Source: Salpingoeca rosetta
Lineage: Eukaryota > Protista > Choanoflagellata
DNA: 42,116 bases
Reading direction: 5' to 3'
NCBI GenBank assembly: GCA_033442325.1
Contig: JAWQFM010000021.1
Span: 221,033-263,148 of the forward strand
In this document: piece after piece, positions 1-33,866 of the stretch
Layout of the letters: each line of letters starts with the position of its first letter
Position numbering within the stretch: the stretch's first letter is position 1
Position numbers and translations under genes: made by a program
Notes under the pieces: model-generated
Databases searched by the model: none
Seen by the model: only the letters and a program-made list of their open reading frames with translations
Told to the model about the DNA's origin: nothing

Positions 1-35
1 GCAGAGACAGCGATACACACGTGTGATGGTGCCAC

Positions 36-1304
36 TCAGCACTGGTCTGCAACGACGGCAGCATATGTGCCCGGGCCGCCATAAACCGTTTGGCGCTGGT
101 TGTAGTACCTGTGGCGAGGAAGGGAGGCGAAGGGGGGGGGGGCGAGAAAAGAGAGGAGAAAAGAGAGAGAGAGAGAGAAAAGAGTCGAAAAGAGAGAGGG
201 GGAGAGCAACGCAGCAGCAAGGTGAGATGTGGAACGTGTTGGAAGCTGGTGTGGAAGGGGGCATCGGAAAAAAAGAGGGAAAGGCATGCATACACAACGA
301 TAAACAGTCAGGGATACAGCAAACATGGAGCCAACATGAAGCCAAGGCAGAGCCAAACTGCAAGTCACTCCACTCCAACTGCAAGGCGCTCCACTCTGTT
401 CACGCCATCATCACGTCTCCATTTCCAGCACTGCACAACACAACAGGCTCATTGGCCAACCAACCCGTTTGGTGTGACGCTCTTGCAGACGTAGTTGCCG
501 GTGTTGGAGTCGATGGCAAGGGAGCCAGGGACCGTGGTCGGGGAGCTGCGGATGGTCACTTGCTGGACGCAGGAGAACTGGTCGTTGACATTGTATCCGG
601 GGAGCGTGCCCTTTGGCACGGGGCGCGTTGTTGTGGAGTTGACGACGCGAGGGCCCGTGGAGGATGGGAAGTCGGAAACCAGCACGCGGAAGTCGCCCAC
701 ATGGCAAAAGTCCCGGTTGGAGCCTGTCGTGTACCAGCACTTCCACCCAGGGCCGAACCTGCAATGGAGGTTGGAAAGAGAGAGAAAGGGGGGTGGGGGT
801 TGGGGAAGAGAAGGGAGGGTGAGTTGCGAACAGGGAGTTGGCGGAAGAGGAGGGAGAAGGGGAAGCCATTAGGGGAGCCAAGGAAAGCATCGCAACAGCA
901 CAGCTCAAGCAGCCGTGCGGCACACGCAAAAGCTGCCAGTGCGCAAACATACAAAGCGACGCACACACAGACACACACACACACAGACACACACACACAC
1001 AAAGCTACGCACACACATAAAGCTACGCACACACACACACACACGCACACACACACACACGCGCGCGCGCGCGCGACACTGACCCGGCGTCATCGTTCCA
1101 TGCGCTGCCAGTGTAGTTGTGGCAGCTGCAGTAGTAGAGCTCCTTGTCGTCTGGGTGGGCGTCCCACTTGACAGGAAACGCATTGTCAGGGATGGGCTCA
1201 AAGGCGGTGCTGGCAACCCAGCGGCCACAGCCGTGCACGGCCGTCGTCGCAGCAAGCGCCACAACAACCGCAGCAGCGGCCACAACAAGCGAGCAGCAGC
1301 GCAT
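36..1304 (-). CDS. Small secreted protein (~195 aa) with two DM9-like repeats; 3 exons (1304-1084, 758-465, 108-36)
   Basis: GT-AG splicing keeps frame (588 nt). Signal peptide MRCCSLVVAAAAVVVALAATTAVHG. Two similar segments, RWVASTAFEPIPDNAFP...YYC and RVVNSTTTRPVPKGTLP...FSC, resemble DM9/DUF3421 repeat starts. The family call is tentative. Confidence 0.65.
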
Positions 1305-1631
1305 CTTGTTTGTCTTGTGTTCGTTCGTGTGGTTGTTTGTGATGCAAGCGAGTGGAGGTATCGGTTGGCAAAATGGCTGGCTGGTGGCAAAATGTGGCAA
1401 AATGTGGCAAAATATGTAGACAGCATGAAATGGCGTTGAGTAAGAAACTTAGGAGTATTTTGAACTAATTTTCATCGCATCTGTTTGTTTTCGTGTTGAG
1501 GAGACAGGAACGCGGCAACCAATCAAACCACGACAACCCACCACACCCACCCACCCACCGCTTTGATCCTCGCTCGCTCGCTCGTTGGTATCCGCCCCTC
1601 CTCCCCGCATCACACATCAACTGCCGCCGCC

Positions 1632-3498
<1,867 letters not shown>

Positions 3499-3996
3499 CG
3501 GCTGCCCGTATCTTGAGAGGAAGTGGAGGGGATGGTGGTGGCTGTGGTGAATTGACGGCATTGCTGTTCGTTGGCGCTCTTGTCCCACGTGGTGGTGGTG
3601 TTGGTGACGGCGTTGTTGTCTCGTAAATGTTTCCAACAGCGCCGCCCTCGTTGCTGTGGTGTTGTGTGTTCTGTTGCTGTTGATGTCATCTTCTCCTCCT
3701 CGCTGCTGCTGCTGCTGCTGTTGTTGTTGTTGCTGCTGTTGCTGCTTGTCTGCATGTATCATAGTCTGCCCACAGTTTCCGCCTTGCTCTTGCCTGTGTT
3801 GCTTGTTTGCCTGCTCTGCCTTTCACTTTGCATGCCTTTCTCTCTGGTTGCACGCCAGCTGTTGCGTTTGTTTCTCACTCTTGCTCTCACTCTTTGACGC
3901 GCATCCAAAAACATATACAAACGAGTTGCCGACTGCATGCGTATGCGAGACCAATGCAGTAGTAACACGACATAGAGCGGATGGCAACGCCGCTGT

Positions 3997-4037
<41 letters not shown>

Positions 4038-4423
4038 ACGTAAGGCGCAGTTCAATGTGTCACACAAAAACACATACACACAGTGTTAAACCTCGTGTAT
4101 TGATCTGATGGAAACAGGGGGAGAAAGCATCAAGCAACGCAGAGAAGGGGGAAGAAAAATGGGAGCGGCAGTTACAACGCAAGAACAAATATACGGGAAA
4201 CGAACACAGGAGACACACGCACATTAGGCATGCAAGTGCGCGTTTCATCTCTCAAACAAACAAACAAACACAAACACACACACACACACACGTCTCTGGA
4301 CACTACATGTACGTGCACAACCTACACACTACACTACCCATACAAACAAACAACCAAACAAACACCCAACAACCAACCGAACAAACAAATGAACAAAAAG
4401 CAAGCAATCATCAACGCCGGGGG

Positions 4424-7354
4424 CTATGCGTTGGAGTCGCCGGGAAAGAGATCACCGTAGCTCGGTGGCGCATCAGAGTACAACGCAGGCGGCGCGCTGG
4501 CTGTCGCCGACGATGTCGCGGTGGTCGTCGTCGTTGTTGTTGTTGTTGGGTTCGTGTCGGGTGGCTGTGGCGATGGGGATGTGGATGCTGTTGTGGATGA
4601 GGTCACCGTGAGACGGGTGGGCGTGTACGTGCTTGGCGTGTACGTGCTGGGCGTGTACGTGCTGGGCGTGTACGTGCTGGGCGTGTATGTGCTGGCGGTT
4701 GGCGGTGGTGGCGGGTACATGGATGGCGCTGTTGTTGTCGCTGTTGATGTCGATGGTGGCGGTGGCGGGTACAGCGATGCTCCGAGCGTGGCGCCACTGG
4801 AAGCGGTGGTGGTGGTGGGCGGTGGTGGTGGATAGAGGGTTGCGCCTGGTGTGGACGAGGTGGCTGGCGGTGGCGGTGGCGGGGGGATGAACGACAGCGC
4901 AGTCACTGGCGATGTCGCGGTGGTTGTGTCGGTCGCTGGAGTCGTGCTTGTGGTGTTGTTGTTGGTTGTAGTGCTGTTGGTTGTTGTATCAGCAGCGGCA
5001 CTCGCTTGCATCTCCGCATACGTGGGCAGGTGCTCCTCCTCCCGGTTGTTGTTGTTGTTGTTGTTGGTGGTGGTGTTGGTGGTGCGGGTGAGGCGGAGGG
5101 GGGCGCCTTGGTTCTGGCGGATGACAACGCGCTGGCGCGGGCGGCCACTGTGTAGTGGTGTATGCGTGTGTATGTGTATATGCATATGTGTATGTGCATA
5201 TGTGCATATGTGTATGTGTATGTGTGTGTGTGTGTGCATGCGTGTTGTTTGGTGAGATGAACAAGCAAACTGCATGGCGTCATCATCCACAACGGCGCAT
5301 GCAAACCACAATCACACACATACACATACACACATACACATACACACACACACATGAACACGACACACCCTCCCAATTACGCAGCCCCCTTCCCCCTTCC
5401 CCCTCTCGTTCCTGTCGCTGCCCCCCTCCCTCGCCCTTACCGCATGGCCTTGGTGCAGGCGCTGATGGTGAAGGAGAGGAAGAAGATGCAGAAGATGATG
5501 ATGCCTGGGATGGCGCCAACAGGGAAGTTGAAGCTTGAGCCACTGCCGCCGCCACCACCAGGGTCGCTCACGGCCCCCGAGATGGTGTCCCAGTCGAGCA
5601 GCACCGTGAACGCGGACTCGGACGACTGGAACAGCAGCTTGAAGCCCTCCCGCGTCACCCTGAACGGGCGTGATGCAGGACCGTTAGCAGTTGTAGTTGT
5701 GTGTTTGTGTGTTTGTGTTTGTGTTTGTGTGTGTGTGTGTGTTTGTGTTTGTGTGTTTGTGTTTGTGTTTGTGTTTGTGTTTGTGTTTGTGTTTNNNNNN
5801 NNNNNNNNNNNNNNNNNNNNNNNNNNNNNNNNNNNNNNNNNNNNNNNNNNNNNNNNNNNNNNNNNNNNNNNNNNNNNNNNNNNNNNNNNNNNNNCCAGTA
5901 GCGGAGTCGATGTCTCATGAGTCGACCCTAGACATCGCGACGCACGACAGGCCTGGAGTCAGTCCTTGCTGCAAGTGGACAAGCGCTGTGCTTGCAAGCA
6001 ACGGCAAAATGTACGGCATCGCATTCTCGGCTGCATCTGTGCTGGTGTTTGACACTGCCACGCTGGAGTTTGACATCCTCCCGCTCAGCCCACCCCCAAT
6101 CTCCCAGGGGCTGTGGTGGGGCGGGGTGCTTGCAGGCAACGGCAAAATCGTGTGGCATTGCGAGTGTGTCACTCTGAGGGAGCATCTAAGAGCGTGCGAT
6201 CACCACCAGCGATATACGTGGCATTCAACAAACAACCAAGACAGGGGCAGCAATAACAGCAGCGATGGGAGGGGGGACGTACGATGAGTCTGATGTGAAC
6301 GTGATGCGAACGCTCTCGCCAATTCCGCCGATGAACGACTGCCCGCTGTATTGCAAACGGGGAGGACACGAACGAGTGGGCGCAAAGGCACAGGTGAGTA
6401 CAAGCACAGACGCTCATGAACAAAGGGCAAAAGTGTCATGCGAAACCATGGCTGACGACTTGTGTCCACATAATGATAAAGTGCAAACACACACACACAT
6501 TCTACAACCACACACACACACACAATGACAGCCAACCAAACACACACACACACACAATGACAGCCAACCAAACAGTCAATGCAACCAACAGAGCAACCCA
6601 AAACTAGACCTTGATGTGAGCTGCATGCTGCTGGTCTCCGTGATGACATTGACGCGGTCATACGACTCCAGGTCGAGGCTGTCCACGTAAATGTGCACAA
6701 ACTCGTCGTTGTTGAGCGGGTACAGGACCACGGCGCAGTTGAGGTTGTCGTCGTAGTTGTTGCTGCCGTAGTTCCTGTGGCTGAAGATGACGCCAGCGGC
6801 CGCGCCCGTGATGCTTGACGTGGAGCAGACCGTGTACCGCTCATCGGAGATGGGGATGGGCAGGGTCGTGGTTGTGGTTGCCGGCTCTGACGTGCGCGCA
6901 CCATCAAACTCGGACCAGTCGACGGTGGAGCCCGCGCTGGAGACGAGCTGGTAGTTGATGACAAACCCGCTCCGGGTGACGCTGCCGTCTGTGTCAAAGT
7001 TGATGGAGACGTAGTTGGAGGCGATGGTGGTGGCGAAGCCACTGATCATTGGACAGTAACAAGACAGGGAAGGGGTACAGTGTAGAAGGATGTTGCAGGG
7101 GTTGGAAGGGGTTGGAGGAGAAAGGGGTGGGGCAAACGGGCGAGTGAGCGGGACAGCGAGACATCTTGCTTGGTTGGTAAGCGAGGCAGCTTGCTTGGTT
7201 GGTTGAATCGGACACGTTGGGCAAACACCTCACACACATGCACAAATACACTTCACACACACACACAGGCACAAATACACTTCACACACAAACACATACT
7301 TCACACACACATGCACAAATACACTTCACACACAGAGCGCATAAATACACACAG

Positions 7355-7407
<53 letters not shown>

Positions 7408-7659
7408 CACACAAGGCGACTCACGCGTAGAAGGAGGTGTACGTGGTGGAGCCGCCCTCGATGGTGATGGTGAGACGATCGCAGCACGACTCAACTTCAT
7501 ACGACTGCAGCGCACAGCGATGGTGGCGGCGGCGGCGGTGAGATGGTTGTGAGGGGCAGGGTACATGCGTAATAGGAAATGGAAGGAGGCGGGAAGGACA
7601 AGAGGCTCGCGTCGGAACAGACACACAGACACACAGACACACACACACACACACACACA

Positions 7660-7749
<90 letters not shown>

Positions 7750-8381
7750 CACCCAACCCTACCGATGTTTCGATGGCGATGGAGTATCCTGAAGGGGCGG
7801 AGATGTAGACGGTGCAGTCGATGTTGTTGTCGTAGGAGGAACCAAATTGGCTCACAATCTGGCCATACATGTTGGTGAGCGTGCCGCCGTCGCAGATGCT
7901 GTGCGTGGTGTACTCCACGTTTGCTGTGTATGTGCGCAAAAACCAAAACAAAAGAAGCTGCGTGTATGAGATGAACGTTGAGGACGGAGCATGGCAGAGT
8001 GGAACAATGCAAACAGCAAACCAGCGAGGTGTGGAGCAAGACCTGTGACACACACACACGCACGCACACGCACACAACAACAAGCAAACTCACACACAAT
8101 GAAACTCACACACAAGCAAACAAACACACAAATGCAAACACAGCACGCTTACATGATGGCAGCTCGGAGGTGTGGACGAGGAAGTAGCGGAAGACAAACC
8201 CGGTGCTGGTTACGGAGCCATCGGTGCGAAAGCGCATGCTCTCGGCCGAGTCGACGACGATGTCAGTTGAATCGCTGACCTGGTCGGCGCCAACATACAC
8301 GCGGTCGCAGCACGACTCGAGCGAATAGTGCACAAACTGCAACGTGGCGTGGGTGGGGCAGCAGTTGGGTTGTTTTGGTTG

Positions 8382-8433
<52 letters not shown>

Positions 8434-9176
8434 TGGGTGGGGTGGGTGGGATTGTTGGGATGTGTTAGTACTCTTTGTTTGTGTTGTGTCCTGCTGGCCG
8501 CGTACCCATCTAGGTTTGGGGTGTGTTTTTTTACCACACCCACTACATNNNNNNNNNNNNNNNNNNNNNNNNNNNNNNNNNNNNNNNNNNNNNNNNNNNN
8601 NNNNNNNNNNNNNNNNNNNNNNNNNNNNNNNNNNNNNNNNNNNNNNNNACAATAGGGGGGGGGGGGGTTGTTTAGGAGAGGAATGAATGATGTGCTCAGC
8701 CAACACTGCGCACAGATGCAAGTGTCTTTGTGGACACACACGCACGCGCACGCATGCATACAATGCACACACACATGCACACGCACGCATGCAAAACATG
8801 GCTTACGTGTCCGATGAGCTTGTATCCGGATGCATATGGCAGGAGTGTAGTGCAGTCAACGTTGTTGCTGTAGCCGGAGATACCAGCTTCGGCGTGGCTC
8901 AGGAGCTGCCCGGCTGCAGTTCTGGACAGAGAGGATTGGCTGCAGATGAGGTTGGTATCGGGCGATGCCGGCACGCCAAACACAGACGCGCGGAACCCGC
9001 CGCTTCCCGCACTGCAAACGTCAAGGCGCGTGTGTTTGTGAGAGTGTGAGAGCGTTAGTTCGTGAGAGAGAGTGTGTGTGTGTGTATGTTTTGGGGGAGT
9101 GGGGCATGTGGCAGAAGAACCAAAGGTGAAAGCGCACGAGCACACACACACACGCACACACGCACACACACACAAC

Positions 9177-9207
<31 letters not shown>

Positions 9208-9645
9208 GCACACACGCACAACCACACACACACACACGCACACACATAAATGCACGTACGATCCAGTGTAGGTGAGGGTGATGGATGATCCCTCGTAAAC
9301 TTGGTCGATGTTCATGAACTCTGAGCTCTGGGACCCGACGCTCACTTGCATGGATGCGCTGGCGATGTCAATGGCGGCCAGCACCACAGCCACGGAGGAA
9401 GCACTGCCGCTGCTGTAGAGCCGAGTCGTACATGACAGGGGCTCAGAATGGGCGTGACTCCCAACGCCAGCGTGGCTGATAATCTCATTGGCTGCTGAGG
9501 CAGAGCTGAACGAGTCGTACGAGACAGACCGGCTGGACGAGCTGCAGATTGTGAACTGGCTGTAGGATTGCGCGGAGGCGTTGCTGCTCAGGCAGCAAAG
9601 CGCGGCCAGCGCCACGCCCACGAGGAACACAGCAGAACACCGCAT
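4424..9645 (-). CDS. Type I membrane protein (~817 aa): signal peptide, 4 CUB-like domains, TM, Tyr/Pro-rich cytoplasmic tail; exons 9645-9260, 9011-8807, 8336-8153, 7923-7763, 7504-7425, 7041-6610, 6345-6283, 5659-5441, 5147-4424
   Basis: In-frame GT-AG splicing (2454 nt). CUB signatures YxNNxDC, ESCCDR, FxTDGSVTxxGF recur. TM segment [19 protein letters not shown]. Tail contains LPTY, PPSY and YPPPPP motifs. Confidence 0.85.
4620..4694 (-). repeat. 15-bp coding tandem repeat (about 5 copies) encoding (STYTP)n in the CUB receptor tail
   Basis: ggcgtgtacgtgctg repeated on the + strand; translation [24 protein letters not shown] on the - strand. Confidence 0.85.
5895..6155 (+). pseudogene. 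Fragment encoding about 1.5 'W-x-GGVLAxNGKxY' beta-propeller-type repeats, antisense inside a CUB-gene intron
   Basis: [30 protein letters not shown] followed by [14 protein letters not shown]. Begins at an N-gap; no continuation found. Confidence 0.5.
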
Positions 9646-10100
9646 CCTCTGAGGCGAAGGTGTTGTTGGTGAAGACGCAATGAAGTGCAGTTGTGTGTTG
9701 TGGTGTTTCTTTGCCAAAAAACCGGGAATGGAGGATGGGAAGGACCACGCGCGTTGTGTTGTGGACGCGGATTGGATATGGGGTGGGTGGGTGAATGCGA
9801 ATGCTGTTGTGTTGTTCTGCGTGCGTTGTTTTGTTGTTTGCCGAGCGAGCAGTGCTTTGGAGTGCACGCCGATGATCGTTTATGATACCAATAGAAAATC
9901 TTCAAACGCAGGTGATGAGTCATCGCTGGCGAGAGGGAGAGAAAAGGGAAAGCAGTTGGAGTTCATCCACAATCACACCCATACACATGCACACACACAC
10001 ATTCACACACACACACATCCATACACACATGCACACACACACACATATTCACACACACACATACACAGAGACATCCATACACACATTTTCACACAGATGG

Positions 10101-11618
<1,518 letters not shown>

Positions 11619-12013
11619 CCTGTCTCGGCCTTGGTCTTGGTGCTGTGGGTGCTGTGGGTGCTGTGGGTGCTGTTGTTGTTGATGTGCAAAGCAAACTCCG
11701 TTGTTGTTGTTGCTGTTGCTGTTGTTGTTGCTGTTCGTTGCGACGCTGGAGGCGGCGATAGACACTGGTGTTGAGGTGAAGAATGAGGCAAACGCCAATG
11801 CCAAACTACAACAGCACACCAGAGACAGCCGCGCGACGCGTCGTCGTCTGATGATGGTGATGACTGCGAATGATGATGACAAGTGTGGATGACGAGCGAG
11901 AGATAACGTGCGANNNNNNNNNNNNNNNNNNNNNNNNNNNNNNNNNNNNNNNNNNNNNNNNNNNNNNNNNNNNNNNNNNNNNNNNNNNNNNNNNNNNNNN
12001 NNNNNNNNNNNNN

Positions 12014-12062
<49 letters not shown>

Positions 12063-12065
12063 TCT

Positions 12066-12121
<56 letters not shown>

Positions 12122-12341
12122 CTCTCTTTCTCTGCCTGCTCTCTCTCTCTCTCTCGATGTGTCGGCAAGGGCAAGCACACCCATTTGCATGCTGTTGTGG
12201 GCACACAACGTCAATCTTGTTGTGCACTGCTTCTCACCCAACAATCGCCATCTCCCTCACAATTGCCAACGCGCAGTGAATCCACAACAACCACAACCAA
12301 CCAACCAACCAACCAACCAACCAACCAACCAACCAGTCGCC

Positions 12342-12677
12342 ATGGATCAGTTTGTGAACAACCCTAACCCCATCCCTTCCAAGCAGAAGCTCTTCCAGGT
12401 ACATGGGGTTTCATGCGTTTGCATGTGCGTGTATGTGTGCATGCATGTGCGTGTGTGACTGCATTTGGTGTTTTGGATCCACGCCGTCGCACTCACGTTT
12501 CCCTTCCCGCAACGCACGCACCAGACGGCTTCCAAGGACATTCTGTCGATGCGCCTGCCTGGTGACAAGGCCAAGTACCGCCTTGCCATGCTCACCACCA
12601 CGGCCGTCATGGTCAGCGTTGTTGGCGGCGTGTTCTGCCTCGCCACCAACACTGGCAAGAAGGTTCGCTCCGCCTAA
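12342..12677 (+). CDS. COX7A: Cytochrome c oxidase subunit VIIa-like (69 aa); exons 12342-12398, 12525-12677
   Basis: NPIPSKQKLFQ matches the COX7A NKVPEKQKLFQ motif. Followed by ...GDKAKYR and a single TM helix. Splicing is in frame. Confidence 0.75.
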
Positions 12678-13314
12678 GCTCTCGTGACTCGTCGTGGCCA
12701 CCGTCTGTGGTGTGGTGTGGCAAATCGGTGGCTGTGACCGTGCCCTCGCAGCTGCCAATGGTTGCGCCACCCATGGTGTGGTTTCCTGTCCTTCAATCAT
12801 CTTTGTCTATGCTTGTGTATCCATGTGAGCCTCGATTGTCACGCGTGTGCATGCTAGCTGCACTCTTGTTGCGCGACTATCATCGTCCACGTGAAATTGG
12901 GGTTCTTTGCTGTTGCGTCTTTCGTGCCTGGTGGTTTGTCCTTGGCAATGTGTTGTTCTCTTGCCACTGTGTTGCTGGTGTTGAGTCATGGTACAGCACG
13001 AGTCGTGTTGTTGTGTGCCGTTCTTCGTGCGCTTGGGCCAGCTCTGTGCTGCCACACCGGCCTGTACGTGTGTGGTGTTTTGTGTCGTTTTGGTTTGGTT
13101 TGTGCTTCTTGTCTCGAGTTTGTCACAGATATAATCAAGGGTAACAACAGCAGCTATGATGACCGCCCATGGCAGGCGAGCAAGGCATGTGTGCGTGCGT
13201 GTGTGCAGCGATGTGTGAGTGTAAGGCGGTTTGCCTCGTGCGGTACACGCGGTTGAGGGGTCCGAAGCTTTGCACTGTGCGTGAATTGGTGAGGGCGAGT
13301 CAGTCGATCGATGG

Positions 13315-19027
<5,713 letters not shown>

Positions 19028-19159
19028 GATGACGACAAGCTGAGGGTGAAGGGTGTGGCTGGTGCTGCGCAGGTCGCGAATCCAAACCGAGGTCGGAAAT
19101 CTACAGCACAAAGTGCATTTTGCACTTGTTGCAGGCTGCTTTGCGCGCACACCGACAAC

Positions 19160-19968
19160 ATGGGTCGCGGGATGACGATGCTTGGCTCCAGCGCCGTGAT
19201 CATTGGGATTGGCGTCGCGCTGCTCAAGTACGCCACGCCAGAGCCAGAGGACGTGCTCAAGGTGAGCCATGGCATGGCGCAGCTCTTGTTGTGTGATGTT
19301 TGCATGTGCTTTTGGGTGCATCCTTTTTTGGTGGTGTCGTTTGTGTGTGTATATGATGAACCTTTGGTAGTTTGTGAGAGTGTACGGGTCCCTTCAGTAC
19401 TCTCGCGTGTGCTTGATGTTGTGCTGCGTGGGTGACAGCCTTAATCTACTGCGTGACTTGTTTGCTGGTCACTGTGCTCTTTGGTGTGGTTGCTGTGTGC
19501 CGTTTGTTGTTTTCTTGCTTCTGTCGCCACTCACACATTCTCCCACACTGTCATGGTGTGCTACTGTGCTCTTTGCTGCGACCTTGTAGGACATGCCGGC
19601 GCACATTCGAAGGCGAGAGTTGGATAAGATGGAGGACAGGCACAGGAATAACATTGCTCTCATGGAGGCCATCAAATCAAGTCAGTTAGGGCCTGCTTCA
19701 ATGCATGCACGCGTGCACTGCTATGAATGTGTCACAAATGGGCTGTGTACATGCACTGTTGAAACGCGATTGACTTCAAAGGAGGTGGAGCAAAAAGATG
19801 TACTTCTCACGCCCACTTGCGCCTCTCTCCGTGCACAACGTGCCTGCTTTGCGCTTCTCTCCTTTCTTGGGTGCACGACATGCCTGCTTTTGCGCTGCTG
19901 TTTGCTGTTTGCTGGCCAACAACCCACCCGCATATCCGACTACAGGTGCCGACATCAAGAAAGATTGA
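19160..19968 (+). CDS. Complex III assembly factor CBP4/UQCC3-like (~72 aa); exons 19160-19261, 19590-19680, 19946-19968
   Basis: AVIIGIGVALLKYATPEPEDVLK|DMPAHIRRRE resembles yeast Cbp4 [30 protein letters not shown]. Splicing is in frame. Confidence 0.7.
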
Positions 19969-20054
19969 GGCTGCGTTATGTAAAATTTGTGTACATCTTG
20001 CTTTGCTTTTCGTAAATCCAAAAACCGTCAGCCAAAGCAACTGCAACCAAACAA

Positions 20055-20066
20055 CCAATCGATTGG
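20055..20066. promoter_or_regulatory. Perfect 12-bp palindrome CCAATCGATTGG (two inverted CCAAT boxes) ~90 bp upstream of the TTC21B ATG
   Basis: Seen directly in the 183-bp intergenic gap; regulatory function is inferred only. Confidence 0.35.
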
Positions 20067-20151
20067 CTGGCCAAGCGAGCGAGTGCTTGAGGGAGTGCAG
20101 CAGAGGATAACACAACAGCCACACGCAGCCAAGCAGAGGGAACGGGCGACC

Positions 20152-30552
<10,401 letters not shown>

Positions 30553-30697
30553 CAAGAAGAAAGATGAGACACGCATTCACATGCACTTGGGTGCTGCTGT
30601 TGTTGCTGTTTGTTCGTTCCTTCTTCTTTTCTTCTGCGTTTGTTGTGGATTTGTGTATTGCTGTGCGTGTCGCATCCGTTGCTTCGAGCTGACAATC

Positions 30698-30748
<51 letters not shown>

Positions 30749-30977
30749 GATTTTGTTTGTTTACAACTTCTCTCTGCATTGATTCATTTCACCGCAATCC
30801 CATCACGATACAACGTTCATCCTTGCACAAATTGACCCAAGCAAACAAGCAAGCATCCATTATCAAGGGGTTGTGGTGCGTCACAAGCAAATAACAAGCA
30901 GGCGCCCAGCCAGGGCGATCAATGAGTACAGACAGACGCGAGATTGAGTAACAGACGCAACACATACTGGTGTTGAG

Positions 30978-32962
<1,985 letters not shown>

Positions 32963-33619
32963 AGGCTCACTCACTTCACTCCACCTACACCGCTCCTCTT
33001 CATCTTCAAGCCCTCCTCACGCACACCTCATAAGGCGAGACACAGCACCTTGTTCACGTGGGACAGCCCTCGTCTCCCTTTCTCTTGGCAGTTGACTGCC
33101 CTTGCCAGTCTGCTAGTAGACTGCCTTCGTTTCACTTTGCAAGCTTGTACTTCGTTCGCCCAAGCAGAGCAACACAAACGAAAACGATGAAACGACCGAA
33201 CGACACACGAGAACGCTGATACTCCTGCCAACCCTTCGACAGGGCAGAACACCCAACTAAAACCCCCCACAGAAGACAACATGATAACACTCGATGTTAA
33301 CACGCAACGGCAAGAGAGAAAAGACAAGAGGTCAACAAAAGAACAAAGCAAGCAGGCGGGCGACAAGAGGACAAGGCAACATGGCAAGAAGAGAACAGAA
33401 GAACAGGCGCGCCTTGGCGCATTGAAGAGGTACTGTATCCAAAGTTCTAAGCACGCAAACGTAGTGCTGACCCAGAAACGAAGCACTCTAAGCACTGGAG
33501 CACTCCTCTCCAACTGCAGCACTTCAACAGGGAAGTTCGGCTGTGACACCATGAAACACGCACACACATGGGCAACCACACATCCACACATCTACACATG
33601 CATGCACTAACCAAGTGCA

Positions 33620-33782
33620 TCAGGCAAGCTTGTCGCGCAACGTGTCAAAAGGTGGCCTTTCGCTTGCTTCCCCGTCCATGCACTCCAGCGCCAAGTCCTG
33701 GTACCACTGCGGAATGGCGCCTTCTGCTCAGCAGCACATGCCGAGAACATGTGTGTGGGGGGGGGCACGTGGGTGAGAAACA

Positions 33783-33866
<84 letters not shown>

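Noticed and set aside
4620-4694. YTPST repeats as an RNA polymerase II CTD mimic, or as a CRISPR-like array
   Set aside because: The unit is 5 aa rather than the YSPTSPS heptad, has no spacers, and lies in a membrane protein tail.
12707-13256. Cys/Val-rich ORFs downstream of COX7A-like
   Set aside because: GT-rich 3' UTR sequence of two convergent genes, with no domain signal.
33028-33610. ORFs between MITD1 and the kinase stop codon
   Set aside because: Low-complexity, UTR/promoter-like sequence; the kinase ends properly at 33620 (ERPPFDTLRDKLA*).
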